Source of the DNA: Octopus vulgaris | Taxonomy: Eukaryota | Length of the DNA: 64,000 nt | Direction: 5' to 3' | Assembly: GCA_951406725.2 (NCBI GenBank) | Contig: OX597831.1 | Location: forward strand, 77,314,001 to 77,378,000 | Shown: piece after piece, positions 39,307-53,972 of the stretch | How positions within the stretch are numbered: position 1 is the stretch's first letter | How the letters are laid out: the number at the start of each line of letters is the position of its first letter | Position numbers and translations under genes: made by a program | Notes under the pieces: model-generated | The model's database searches: none | What the model saw: the letters and a program-made list of their open reading frames with translations, nothing else | What the model was told of the DNA's origin: nothing

Positions 39307-42300
39307 GCGAAAATGTCAAGGAACTGTTCTGCGAGGGAGTTGCAATTGTTCGTCCGCGCCTGGAAGATTGCCGAGGGCGATCGCCAAACATTATCATTGC
39401 AGCGGCGCTTAAGAGCAATGATTTCTCGAGGAGCACCGCCCAGATAGAGCGAAAGAAACGAGAATTCCTCCGTTCATACGCTCTAATCAGGCAACATGTA
39501 GACACTCTGGACATCATCCTAGGAGGTGACTGCACCAGGGAAGGTCAAAAGGATGGCGAAAACATCCAGGACCCAACAAAAGACACAACCGAGAAACGTG
39601 CAACCAAGGGAAACAATGGCACATGTCCAGCTCCCAACAAAACTGAAGACCAAAGAGGTGCGATGGCCGCAAAAAAAGGAAAGCACCCTAAAATCGACGG
39701 AAATAAAGAGGTAAAAGACAAGAAAACTAAAACAAACACTGTTCAGAAAAAAAAACAGAAGATCCCCAGCAAGAACTACAAGGGTAAAAGCAGAAACATC
39801 TGCAAATTCTACCTGAAGTGAGACTGCTGGCATGGCGTCGAAGGTGCAAACTGTCGTTTTGCACATTAGAAGCCCTGTCAAAACCGCATGGACACAAGAC
39901 AAAAATCCATCCCTCGGGGAGAACAAAAAGATAAAGAAAAATATAAAAGAAGGAAAAACGGCGCACTGACCATTCCTGAAAGACGATATGCGGATGTAGT
40001 GCGCGGTCCAAAAAAAAATACTGCATAGCCCAACAAATGGCCAGCTTCACCCAGAATTGAGAAGGGCAGCAGCTGAACAGCAATCTTTTATGTGCATGGC
40101 ACAAAAAATTGTTCGGCACCTGACTTGGCTACAAACACAAAGCTGGAACTACCACCACATATGGCCACCACCAACAGATGCAGAATGGCCACCACAGACA
40201 CCAACACACATACCACAAAAATATTTCTATTGAACGTAGGAGGGCTGCTGCGCGGAAAGTGTAAAAGGAAGATCTCATTCCTGAAAGACCTTGTGGCATG
40301 CAATCAAGCTATATGCATGGCACTCATAGAAACGCATCTTGGACCCGATACAGGGGATGCAAAAATACACTTACTGCAATATGCTGTCATACGCTCAGAT
40401 AGAAAAGGGAGGAGCCATGGTGGAGTTGCAATGTACATCCGAGATGACCTCACGTCCCAGGTCCTGATGTCATATTCAAACTCAGTGTGTGACACTCAAA
40501 TTGTACACATTAAACAACTGAATATCGTCATATGTACTACATATCGCCCACAGGATGCTCCAAATCACTCAGGAATGTTTGAAGACTGCCTAACAAAAAT
40601 AGAAGTTCTCACCAGCCTGGAACTATACAACAGTGTATTCTTCATGGGTGACTTTAACTTCCCCAATGTGAAATGGCCTGGGGGGGGGGGGCAGATGCTC
40701 CCAGGGATGACACACCATCAGCAGGCACAGGCAGAGTCCCTGCTCCATCTCATAAATGCCTCTTTCATGGAGCAAATAGTACTGCAACAAACAAGGGCAG
40801 ATAATATACTGGATCTCTGCTTCACAAACAATATGGATATTATCCATAATGTTAAAGTGATGCCGACAATGATCTCGGATCACAACATAATAGAGCTGTC
40901 TATGTATGGACCAAAAGCCCCCGCAGACAAACAGCCTATACGAAGCATCCACAATCTCTCCAACTTAAACTTTCATAAAGCAAATTGGAAGTTGATCGAG
41001 AAAGAGATTCTGAAACAGGATTGGCCTAAATGTCTCTCCACACTGGACATAAACATGAAACACAAACACTTCATGTCCATAATACAAGCCATATGTGACA
41101 AATATGTCCCAGTGTGCAGGGCCAGCACACACAAAAACAAAAACAGGATCCCTAGAGAAAGGAAGATTCTTATGAGACGACGGACAAGGATTGCGAACCG
41201 TCTGAGCAAGCACACCAAAAGTGGTGAGAAGTCTCGGCTCGCGAGAATGCTAATGGAAATTGAGAAAAGTCTGCATCAGTCCCATGAAGGATAGAGCAGA
41301 TAAAGAAGCTTAGGTAATAGAAAATATAAAGTCAAACCCTGAAGCTTTCTTTACGTTTGACAAAGAGACAGCCACACTGCACCAGAGAATAAGACCTCTC
41401 TTCCGAAAAGATGGCTCTCTCACAGGAAATCCCACGAAGATAAGTGAAATACTGAACGAACAGTTCCAAAGTGTGTTCACTACACCTCTAGGACACAGTA
41501 AAGTAAACAACCCAGAAGAATTCTTTGCCACTTTACCGGCGGCCAAAGAGGCAAAAATTGAGTACATCAACATTGAAGATGATGATATCACACTGGCCAT
41601 AGATGAGATTGACACAAACTCAGCTGCTGGACCTGATGGATTTCCAGCGATCCTTCTCAAATCGTGCAAATGAGCCCTTGCAAAACTGCTGCAGCTTCTT
41701 TTTCAGAGCTTTCTTGCAAGTGGTAAGCTCCCAGTCAAATTGAAAGAGGGGGTAATATGCACTATCCATAAGGGAGGAAGCAGAGCAGATGCTAACAATT
41801 ATAGGCCTATCTCTATGACGTCACTCATCAGCAAAGTCATGGAATGAATAGTCCGCAAGAAACTAATCATGTTCCTTGAAGAAAATGACTTGCTGACTGA
41901 CACCCAGCCTGGATTTCGACCAGGTAGAAGCTGCCTAACACAGCCCCTGCAACACTATGATCGGGTGTTAAAACAGCTACTAAATGGCTCAAATGTGGAT
42001 GTGATATATCTCGACTTTGCAAAAGCCTTTGATAAAGTCGACCACGGTATGATTTGTCACAAACTGCATGGTCTCGACATAGGCGGAAAACTTGGAGAGT
42101 GGCTGCACAACTTCCTGAAAGATAGAAGACAGGCAGTTGTGACCAATGGAGCCACCTCCAAGGAAACACAAATAACTAGCGGTGTTCCACATGGCACTGT
42201 CTTGGGGCCACTGCTGTTCATAGTGGCCCTTTCAGACATGCCCTCAGTTGCTACGATCGCCACCCTTGCTAGCTATGCAGATGACACAAAAGTCTCCCAC

Positions 42301-43186
42301 ACAATACAAAACCCTGAAAATATTGCGCATCTGCAACAGGAGTTGGATACAATATACAGGTGGGCTGAGGACAACAACATGCAGTTTAATGCAGGTAAGT
42401 TCCAGGCCCTGCGCTACCGGCACACAAAGGTAAACGACGTGCAGACTGGATACACTGACCCGGGAAGAATTGTAATCCCTGAGTCAAAATCAGTGCGTGA
42501 CCTGGGCATTGACATGAGCAATGATGTATCTTTCCAAGTGCATATCACTAATCTGGTGATAAAATGTAGACATCTAGTTGGATGGATTCTCCGAACTTTC
42601 AGGACAAGAGAGAAGGAGATACTGATGGTCCTGTGGAAAACTTTCATCCTTAGCCGCTTGGACTACTGCTCCCAACTATGGTCACCGCACAATATGAAAC
42701 TAACAGCTGAACTCGAAGCAATTCAAAGAAGCTACACAAAGAAGATCGTCTCAATGCAACATATCAGCTACTGGGAAAGACTGAAAGTATTAAAACTCTT
42801 CGCCCTAGAGCGAAGGCGAAGGCGGGGCGCCAGTGCTTGGTGCCAAAGATTCCAACATCACCATCAAAATACAGGACCAGATACTGCAACAGATTGGGTT
42901 TCAGAGGACCACAGCTCTTTAACATTCTCCCTAAATGCCTGAGAGACTTGCATGGTGTGGATGTGGGTTTCTTTAAAACTAAACTGGATCTCTTCTTGTC
43001 GGGGGTCCCAGGTGAACCTACCTCACGACAGGAGACACAGATGCGAGCAGCGGCATCGAACTCACTTGTTGACCAAGTGCCACGTATCAGAGGTGGATTC
43101 ACAAATTAGTGTAGCTCATTCAGCGGTGGTGCCCCAGCATGGCCGCGGCCTTCGGGCTGAAATATTTTAAAGGATTTTAAGGATTT
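39307..43186 (+). mobile_element. Decayed near-full-length CR1-like LINE (ORF1 with CCCH-type finger; ORF2 with APE endonuclease and RT)
   Basis: ICKFYLK*DCWHG..CRFAH; LLNVGGL, IETHL, GGVAMYIR, MGDFN, ILDL, SDH; GPDGFP, YRPIS, YLDFAKAFDKVDH, GVPHGTVLGP, YADD, RLDYCSQLWSP. Several stops and frameshifts; (AAGGATTTT)n tail. Confidence 0.9.
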
Positions 43187-43342
43187 ATACATATATATAT
43201 ATACATATATATACATACGTATATATATATGCGTATATATACATACATATGTATACACACACACATATATATGCCTATATAAATATATATCTATATATAT
43301 GTGTATATATACATATATATATATGTATATATATATACATAC

Positions 43343-43390
<48 letters not shown>

Positions 43391-44006
43391 ACACACACAC
43401 ATACACACACATACATACATACATACACACACACATACATACATACATACATACACACATACATACATACATACATACATACATACATACATACATACAT
43501 ACATACATACACACACACATACATACATACATACATACATACATACACACATACATACATACATACATACATACATACACACATACATACATACATACAT
43601 ACATACATACATACATACATACATACATACATACATACATACATACATACATACATACCCTTATATATATAGTAATAGTTAGGTGAGTTAAGTGCTATTA
43701 TCTTCAGAAGTTGTATCGTTGACAACCACTTTGAAATACGATGAGGAAGGTGCGGGGTTCTGATAGAGGCGAGGAAGATGAATAAAGGAATGTAATATCG
43801 CGAATGTTTTCGGTAAAATATTTTAACTTGTTGCACATGTTCTCCCAATAGTCAACACATCCGGACTGAGCACCATCATCACGAGCGAGCTATGAGGATC
43901 TATTTATCTCTCTCTCCCTGCTTCCCTACCTCCTTTTATCTTCCTCTTCCTTCGCATCTCTCTTACAATCGGTGTGTTTCTGTTTACACACACACACATA
44001 TGTATA

Positions 44007-44048
<42 letters not shown>

Positions 44049-44122
44049 CGCACGCGGGCGCGGTTTACACAGTATGTGTTTCTGTATAAGTTTTTCTTTG
44101 AGCGACAATCTTATATACATGC

Positions 44123-44193
<71 letters not shown>

Positions 44194-44509
44194 CATACAC
44201 ACACACATACACACACACATGCACACACACACACACACACATATATATGTATGTATCTTATATGTATATATACATATATATACATATATATACATATGCA
44301 TATATATACATATATATACGTATGTATATATAGACACCATACACGTACACACACTTAATATATAATAAAATTAATATATTCATATTTTGTTCATCTGTCT
44401 GCGCATATATTAGTTTGTTGACCTACCCACGTACACCCGTATCTGTCTGTGTATCCCTCCATCCATCCGTCCATCCTTCCGTTCACCCATCCATCCATCC
44501 ATTCATCCG

Positions 44510-44576
<67 letters not shown>

Positions 44577-45915
44577 ATCTATCTATCTATCTATCTATCT
44601 ACTTGTCTGTCTGTGTGTCTGTATGTCTGTCTGTCTGTCTGTCTGTGTGCGTGTCTGTGTGTCTGTGTGTTTGTGTGTCTGTGTGCCTGTCTGTTTGTGT
44701 GTCTACCTCTCACTCTGTGTCTCTCTTGTATCTTTGGTTCCCTCTCTTTCTTTATTTGCGTCTGTGTGTGTTTGTGTGTGTGTGTGCATGTGTTATAGCC
44801 ACATGAGCTGAAACCGGTTCAATTCAACATATATATATACGTGTGTGTGTGTGTGTGTGCGCGCGCGAGTGTATACACATACATACATATATATGCGCAC
44901 ACATGCACATATAATTACACACACAAAGACACACAGACACAAACGCGCACGCACACGTATATATATACATATCATTTCTAGTAAGAAAAAAACAACAAAA
45001 AATAAATCAAATATCATTATTTTGAATTCTCATTTGAAACGAGGGAAACCACACAAGAATAATCTCCTATAACATTATGACGTCAAGAACGAAGCCTAAT
45101 TTCCATATTGATATTCCGGCAGTTTACCATTCCGTCACCACCCGGTCTCGCCCAAAGCACCTGCACCCTTCTTTCTTTTTCAGCCCTAATATATCCTATA
45201 TCTAAACCTAAAAAAACCATGCACTGAGCCCTTTGGTCAATCCTTCCTCAATGGTGCCGTCCCACTGGAATACTCACTGTTACTCACAAGTGACAAATTG
45301 GCAGAATTTTTAAAGTATGGAACAAAATGCGTTATGGTATTTACGTCTGACTCTCTGCCTCCCGTGTTCAATTCCCACCGGAGTCAGCTTTGTTTTTCAA
45401 TCTCCTGGATTCTTAAATAAAATTCGTCATTGAATATTGACTGGTGGAGTCGTTTGACTGTGAGAGGAAACTTCTTATGGTATTTACGTTTCTCTACCTC
45501 CGTTTCGAGTTCAGTTCTTGACAGATGAATAAGGTTGTAGTGTGTATTGCAATTTGCGGTACTTTATTTAAGCCGTTCCAGTGGCTTGTTACTTTGAAGT
45601 TTCCATGGCTTGGGCTCGCTTCTTCAGACAAGTCCTCCCCTCTAATATTTTAGACCTTCGACCTATAGCAGAAGGCATTATTATTATCATTATTATTGGC
45701 AGAAATTCTTAGAATGTTGAAACAAAAGCTTTGCTGAAACACATGACTCCTCTTTTATACCTCCATTGATCCAAACAACCTTTTAAGTGTTCAACTAGAA
45801 TACTATTACAGGGCAAAATATATAATTGATAATTAACAACCTAGAGAAATAGAAATCAATACAAAGGTAACTGTGGTTGATCTAGGGCACCCCAACAACA
45901 ACAACAGCAACAACA

Positions 45916-46110
45916 GTGAGGTGCAATGGCCCAGTGGTTAGGGAAGCGGACTGGCGGTCGTAAGAACGCGGTTTCGATTCCCAGACCGGGCATTGTGAGT
46001 GTTTATTGAACAAAATCATCTAAGCTCCACGAGGCTCGGGCGGGGGTGGTAGTGAACCCCGCTGTACTCTTTCACCACAACTTTCTCTCACTCTTTCTTC
46101 CTACTTCTGC
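45916..46110 (+). mobile_element. SINE family E copy (tRNA-derived)
   Basis: A box TGGCCCAGTGG; B box GGTTTCGATTCC. Confidence 0.8.
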
Positions 46111-46422
46111 CACAAAGCAGAGGAACCATGGTGTAACCCAATATGGTATGGTAAAGTTTCAGACCCTAGTCTAGATTGCGAATCCTCTGTACACCAGGTT
46201 GGTTCAGCTCTCCATCCGTTAAAAGCCACTGTTTACGGAATGCGGATAACAACGTAGCTTTCGCACCCGTACAACCGCCAGTCTATCGAGTGTGATGGGT
46301 GGATCTTCAAGTTGCCAGACGCATTCTTAGTAACTTAGAATTAGAGATTATTCTTTGTGGCTAATGGCGTGAGTCCTGATTAGAAGAAGAAGAAGAAGAA
46401 GAAGAAGAAGAAGAAGAAGAAG

Positions 46423-46451
<29 letters not shown>

Positions 46452-46453
<2 letters not shown>

Positions 46454-47062
46454 TAGTTAATTTTTTGGCTCAAAAAGCGAAAAGCAAGGCCATGTAGGGG
46501 GACAGTGAGTTATGTACAGGGTGGTGTTCATGTAAAGAGTTCTGGCCACTTGTGGTAAAGGGAGACTTGACCACAAGTCGGCATCTTCACTATCTCGTCC
46601 GGCAGCTTATTCCACAGATCCGCAACCCGGACGGAGAAAGCTCCTCTCCTTCGATTGAGATGAAATCGTCGCAGATAGAGCTTTTCGGAATGACCCCGCA
46701 GCCGACGCTCTGGAGCAGGAGTGAAGAACAGCTCTTTCGAGAGGTTACACTTTCTGCTTATGATGTTGTGAGCAAGAATGAGATCACCACGGCGTCGTCG
46801 TTTTTCTAGAGATTAAAGGTCGAGCGTCTTCAGCCTTTCTTCATAAGACAAATGCTTGAGACCAAGAACCATGCGGGTAGCCAGCTCCTGGACTCTTTCG
46901 AGATGCTGTATGTCTTTGAGGAGATAAGGAGAAGAGGCTTGAATCTCGTACTCCAATATGGGTCTCACCAGCGTGACAGAGTGGTAGGAATATGGCTGCT
47001 GTGAGCATTCCGAATGACCGTCGAATCAAAAACAGAACTCCGCGTGCTTTGTTGGCAGCATG
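46452..47062 (-). mobile_element. 5'-truncated CR1/L2-group LINE 3' fragment abutting (GAA)n
   Basis: Frame-shifted ANKARGVLFLIRRSF..LVRPILEY..SYEERL..RRRRGDLI. Confidence 0.8.
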
Positions 47063-47124
47063 GAAGCACTGAAGAAGAGGAAGAAGACAACAACCCCAAA
47101 GTGACTGTCCTTTCAAAAAAGGAC

Positions 47125-47208
<84 letters not shown>

Positions 47209-47210
<2 letters not shown>

Positions 47211-47899
47211 GCAAATATGTGGTATTGAGCAGAATATTTGGGCTACAGCAAATATTCTGCTCAATACCACAGATTTGCTTGCCAGTTGTTTGACCTTAAG
47301 CAGTTGAGCATGTCCCATTGTTGGCTAACGATAAGTGCATCTCTCATTACAAGGAGAAATAGTGGGGGGAGCATCATAGCCGTGTGTTGAGAAGGATTCT
47401 TCGAGGTTTGGATAATTCACCTTTGAAAATATGGGTGGTTCGTTCAACATCCTTAAACAATCCTTATTCAGGGACCTTTTGAGCAGGATGGGTTACTCGA
47501 CCTGAAGAAAATTCTAACTGGGCCCCACTTGCAAGGTCATGTGCTGTTTACCTTGATATGAGATCACCATGTCACGCACATATGGTTGTTATGCATGTGC
47601 CTGGTGTACCCTTATTAGACGGGTAGTCATGATGGATATACTGGGCTTCGTATATTTTACCCCAGTGTCAAGTTGATGGCAAGAACTGCTCTCTCACTCA
47701 ATAATAATAATAATAGTAATAATAATAATAATAATAATGCCCTGTCGAGCAGAAGTAATGGGGAGCATCATAGCCATGTATTGAGAGGAATTCTTTGAGA
47801 TTTCAATAATTCACTTCTGGAAACACGAGTGTTTCAATCAACATCCTTAAACAAGCCTTATTGAGGGAGCTTTTGAGCGGTATGTGCTACTCGACCTGA
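47209..47899 (+). mobile_element. Two family D copies in (TAA)n (47209-47699 and 47739-47899)
   Basis: Reverse complement of 24763-25309; 32-bp fold-back at the 5' end (47209-47280). Confidence 0.8.
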
Positions 47900-48185
47900 T
47901 TATAGAAACCAAGACATAAGCTAAAAGAAAGGAAAAGAAAAATTCATGGCATGGCTACGGTTGGAGGGCTTTTGAGCCTAGGATCAGAGATTTCAGGCTG
48001 CTGAGCAGCAACGATATCAAATTATGTTTTGTTTTCTTTATTGGGAAACCGTTGCTTCTTGCTTTGTTGTTGCTGCTGTTGGCTTTGTTGTTGTGGATGT
48101 TGTTGATGTGATTGTTGTTCTTCTTTTTCTTTTCCTGGTCCTCGCCATCCTCCCCTCCTCTTCCCCGTACTACAAATCACCGTTC

Positions 48186-49000
48186 ACTTCTTCTTCTTCT
48201 TTTTCTTCTTCTTCTTCTTCTTCTTCTTCTTCTTCTTCTACCCTCCTCCTCTTCCTCTACCTCCTCTTCTTCTGCTTCTTCCCTTTCTTCTTCTTCTTCT
48301 TCTTCTCCTTCTCCTTCTCCTCCTTCTTCTTCTTCTTCTTTTTCTTCTACCCTCCTCCTCTTCCTCTACCTCCTCTTCTTCTGCTTCTTCCCTTTCTTCT
48401 TCTTCTTCTTCTTCTTCTTCTTCTTCCTTCTCCTTCTCCTTCTCCTTCTTCTTCTTCTTCTTCTTCTTCTTCTACCCTCCTCCTCTTCCTCTACCTCCTC
48501 TTCCTCTACCTCCTCTTCTTCTGCTTCTTCCCTTTCTTCTTCTTCTTCTTCTTCTTCTTCTACTTCTTTCCTTCCTTCCTTCTTCTTCTTCTTCTTCTTC
48601 TTCTTCTTCTTCTTCTTCTCCTTCTACCCTCCTCTTCTTCCTCTACCACCTCCTCTTCTTCATCCTCTCCTTCTGCTTCTTCCCTTTCTTTTTCTTTTTT
48701 CTTCTTTCTCCTTCCTCTTCTACTATTTCTTTCCTTTCTTTTTCTTTTCCTTTTTCTTCTTCTTCTTCTTTCTTCTTCTTTTTCTTCTTTCTTCTTCTTC
48801 TATTTCTTTCCTTTCTTCTTCTTGTTCTTGTTGTTCTTCTTTTTTCTTCTTCTCCTCCTTCTTCTTCTTCTCCTCCTTCTTCTTCTCCTCCTCCTCCTCC
48901 TTCTTCTCCTCCTCCTCCTCCTCCTCCTTCTTCTTCTTCTTCTTCTTCTTCTTCTTCTTCTTCTTCTTCTTCTTCTTCTTCTTCTTCTTCTTCTTCTTCT
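48186..49000. repeat. (CTT/CCT)n polypyrimidine tract with higher-order repeats
   Basis: Recurrent ctaccctcctcctcttcctctacctcctcttcttctgcttcttccc unit. Confidence 0.95.
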
Positions 49001-49661
49001 ACTAACCGCTCTTAAATCTAAATAAATATTTAATGTTAATAAATTCAGGACATCGAGAAGAAAGCAAAACATTTAGAATTCTTAACCTAAAAAAATATTA
49101 GATAAAGAAAATAAAAACACCAAACAAAAACAATCAGCGCCATCTGCATGCAGGGAGAGAAAACGTACACGCATGCTTGTAAGCATTTACACAGACATAC
49201 ACACACGCACACGCACACACATACACATACACACACACATACAGACATACACACACACATACACACATACACACATACACACACATACACACATGCACAC
49301 ACATGTGTGTGCATACACGCACACACATACACATACACACACAGATACACACATACACACACACATACACACATACACACACACATACACACACATACCC
49401 ACACATACACACATACACACACACATACACACACATACACACATTCACACACATACACACATACACACACATACACACACATACACACACACACACACAC
49501 ATATATATTTCTATGTTTAATGGCAGAGAGACAGTTATATATACATATTATATATAAGTATATATACATACATGTATATATATATAATAGAGATAAACAT
49601 TTTGGCATATACAACCGCATGTACATATAAAATCCATCCATCGATCTATCTATCAATCAAT

Positions 49662-49916
49662 ATTCTTTTATTCTTTTACTTGTTTCAGTCATTTGACTGC
49701 AGCCATGCTGGAGCACCGCCTTTAGTTGAGCAAATCGACCCCGGGACTTATTTTTTGGAAGCCCAGTACTTATTCTATCGGTCCCTTTTGCCGAACCGCT
49801 TAGTGACGGTGACATAAACACACCAGCATCGGTTGTCAAGCAATGCTAGGGGGACAAACGTAGACACACTTGCCCAAGATGCCACGCAGTGGGACTGAAC
49901 CCGGAACCATATGGTT

Positions 49917-49920
<4 letters not shown>
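49662..49920 (-). mobile_element. SINE family A copy, internally deleted
   Basis: Tail joined directly to head at gacacacttgccc. Confidence 0.8.
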
Positions 49921-49964
<44 letters not shown>

Positions 49965-50008
49965 GGGTGTGTGTGTTTATAAGCATATATGTATACATAT
50001 GTTGATAT

Positions 50009-50063
<55 letters not shown>

Positions 50064-50389
50064 AATAAATATATGTATATATATGTATGTATATACATGT
50101 ATTTCTCCCTTCTTACTTTCTATCTGCCTCTTTTTATATATTAGTATGTGCGTGTGCAGATACATCTTCATATAAAAATATGTATGTATACAAAAGGAGG
50201 GAGAGAGAGAGAAAGAGAGAGAGACAGAGAGAGAGTGGCACCGCTATACACACACACACACGCACACACACACACTCGCTTACACTCATAGATACACTCT
50301 TACGCATATTGTATGTATAAGTGTGGACGCACGCACGCCTCGTCTAAGTACGAATGTATGAGCGAACATTTGTCTGCATGTGTTTGAGC

Positions 50390-50434
<45 letters not shown>

Positions 50435-50620
50435 TGTGAAGAAACATATGGATGAACTTGAAATTTTCTCTGTTCTGAAAATACATGCGACGAAAGAAAG
50501 CTGGAGAAAGACCGGGTAACACCCTTATCTCAGTAAGAATGGTTTCCAAATGCACCACACCCTCGTATAAAAGAACCTCTCTCATTGTTACGGGGTCTCT
50601 TCCTCCACCCTACCCTTCTT

Positions 50621-50653
<33 letters not shown>

Positions 50654-50867
50654 CGCTACACGCAGACACATATACGCACGCGCACACTTAAACGGCTATT
50701 ACTGTTGTAACAATCTCGAGCGACAATCAATCTAACAAGTTGCCGAAGAGAATGTAAAGAAATGCGACTGGCTGGTTGGCTGGCTGGCTGGTTGGTTGGT
50801 CGGAGCCGCGAGAATGTATATATATATGTATATATGTATATACATTCGCCATGATAGATAGTTAGCC

Positions 50868-51046
50868 ACAACACACAATTTTTTTCTCTCCTTGTTTCTC
50901 TCCTTGTTTTTTTCTGTGTCCCTTCCTGTAGAAGAGCGCAGGCTCGAAACGTAAAAGACATTTTCAATTCCTGAGCGTTATACTAGTACATCTGTTTATT
51001 TTGTACACCACCTGTCTTCGTCTTTTGTTTTTTTCGTGAACTCTTC

Positions 51047-51050
<4 letters not shown>
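50868..51050 (+). mobile_element. pLTR-like element ending in (TA)n, with a CUGUNGA hammerhead-like motif (50918-50959)
   Basis: CTGTAGA-A-GAGC-GCAG-GCTC-GAAA-CG-TA; relatives at 11179 and 18232. Confidence 0.5.
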
Positions 51051-51101
<51 letters not shown>

Positions 51102-51440
51102 TGTAAGTATATGTATTTAAGGATGTATATAGTTATTCACGTATGTAAATTTGTATGCATGTGTTCATGTGCTTATGAATGTATTTATGCATATGCGTAT
51201 CTGTTGTGTGACGTAAATTGAACTACCTATCTGTGTCTGTATGTATGCCGGCTTACCTGTCTGTCTGTCTGCCTCTCTCTGCATATATATATATATGTAT
51301 ATACATATATACATATATATATATATATATGTGTGTGTGTGTATGTATATATATATATATATATGTGTGTGTGTATTCATTTATATATATATGTTATATG
51401 TATATGAGAGAGTGAGATAAAGAGATAAAGATAATCGAGA

Positions 51441-51489
<49 letters not shown>

Positions 51490-53019
51490 AAAAATGAATT
51501 TAAATGTCTTGCTTCGAAAACTGCATTAGGTACGATTAGTGAAATTTTGGTAGTAATGACTTATGTCCCTCTTAGTGTGAGGCATTTATGTGTAATAATG
51601 CCCTCTATACAATATAAATTAATATTTTCAAAAGAAAAAAATTATTTTCGAATTTTTTTCTCTTATGAGGTTTTTCACGCTAACTACCTGATAATTTCTT
51701 GTTAAGATTCCTTATTAATAAGTTATCCTTAATTGTTAAATTTATATATATATAAATATATATGCACACGCATACTTGAGGTTTCAAGGCAAATAAAGTT
51801 TGTTATTTCTTAATATTCAATTTTAAGCTAGCTTCGATTCCAGTTCCTTCTGATCGATTTTAATCAAATGACGGACTTATAAGTCCTATTCACACCTCTA
51901 TTTACACTCAACCCCAATGTCAGCAACCTGTCACACACACACGTATACTTAACGTCCATATTTACTGTAATATCTTCCGTTTTTGACCTTACTTACACAT
52001 TTGTTGTTTATGTATTATTACCCGCTTCTTTCCCATGTTTTGTTGTCTTCGTCAACAATTATTTAACATCTCCTCCTTCAACTAGACTTTATAAATCTAA
52101 GCTTTAATCTTCTCCAATACATTATGAATTAAATGTTCTCATTTGCATGAAAACTTAATGACACTATTTTTTAAAGCAAATATTTATATTCAATTTTACC
52201 GTATGCATTGAATTCATTAAGCTATTTATGTACACACACACACACACACACAGATAGATGTGTGTTTGTCTATCGCTATATATCCATATATGTGTGTATA
52301 TACATACACACACACCCACCCACCCACACATATATATATGTATCACTTGTATTTATGTATGTATATATATTACATGTATGTATGCATATATTTTATATAT
52401 GCATGTGCATATATATGTATAAGTACATATTTATATGAATGTGTATATATCTCTATATTTATACTTACCTATATATTTCTCTCGGTCGCTATGTATGTAT
52501 ATTGTTTGAATTTAGTCTTATTGAGTATTCTCTCGTTTGTATAACCAAACCTATATCTATAAAATCTACACGCGTGTGTGTGTATACATGCATGTTTCTA
52601 CGTGTGTATAACCGTTACATTTTGCATGTCTTAGAAGGGAGATATTACTCAATACAACAATACAAAGTATATTCATAAATTTATTCAAATGGAGATCGTT
52701 TTGTCACTATTTGAATTTCCCGCTCCACGATCTTTCAGGTAATTCTAGTGATATATTTAGATGGTACCATTCCCTTAGAATGGTACTATTTATCTATCAT
52801 CTTTCTTCATTAATCCATTGCTTAAACTATACTTGGATATATCGTAATAGTAAAAATGATTCTTGTCAATTCTAGGCTGTCATATAGCTGTCCTTTTGCT
52901 TTTGTTAATCCTGTTTGTAAATGAGACTTATTTTTCTTTCGACAAACATCTGCTTTGATGCATTCTTTCTGGAGTTGGCATTATTTCTTGTAGTCATTAT
53001 TATAACGATATCAAAGACA

Positions 53020-53460
53020 GTGGCTGGCAGAAACGTTGGCACACCAGGCGAAATGAGTAGTGGTATTTCGTCTGTCTTTACGTTCTGAGTTCAAATTCCG
53101 CTGAGGGCAACTTTGCCTTTCATCCTTTCGGGTTCAATAGATTAAGTACCAGTTGCGCACTGGGGTCGGTGGAATCAAGTAGTTCTCACCCACCAAATTT
53201 CAGGCCTCTTGCTTTTAGTAGAAAAGATTATCGTAACGATATCAAAGGCATCGAACTGGCAGAATCGTTAGCACACCGGGTGAAATGTTTAGCGGCATTT
53301 CGTCCGTTTCTACGTTCTGAGTTCAAATTCTGCCAAGGTAAATTTTGTCTTTCATCTTTTTGGGGTTGATAAAACAAGTAGCAGTTGAACACCGGGGTCA
53401 GTGTAATCGATTTACCCATTTCCCCGATATTGCTGGCCTTGTGCCGAAATTTGAAATCAT
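53020..53460 (+). mobile_element. Two tandem SINE family B copies
   Basis: Each is preceded by aacgatatcaaag. Confidence 0.8.
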
Positions 53461-53536
53461 TATTATAACGATATCATTCAGGAACACTGCTAATATCCTG
53501 TCATATTCAGGGATTTACCATTCTTGGAACTAGGAT

Positions 53537-53758
53537 ACTCTCTTTTACTCTTTTACTTGTTTCAGTCATTTTGACTGCGGCCATGCTGGAGCACCGCCTT
53601 TAATCGAGCAAATCGACCCCGGGACTTATTCTTTGTAAGCCCAGAACTTATTCTATCGGTCTCTTTTGCCGAACCGCTAAGTGACGGCGACATAAATACA
53701 CCAGCATCGGTTGTCAAGCGATGTTGGGAGGACAAACACAGACACACAAACACACACA

Positions 53759-53806
<48 letters not shown>

Positions 53807-53972
53807 TACGACGGGCTTCTTTCAGTTTCCGTCTACCAAATCCACTCACAAGGCTTTGGTCGGCCTGTGGCTATAGTAGAAAACACTTACCCAAGGTGCC
53901 ACGCAGTGAGACTGAACCCGGAACCATGTGGTTGGTAAGCAGGCTACTTACCACACAGCCAGTCCTGCGCCT
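53537..53972 (-). mobile_element. SINE family A copy
   Basis: Full length. Confidence 0.9.

Noticed and set aside
45916-45990. Possible tRNA gene
   Set aside because: A and B boxes are present, but the sequence continues into a body shared with 37619-37815, so it is a SINE head.
48024-49072. Long hydrophobic ORFs
   Set aside because: Artefact of the polypyrimidine repeat.
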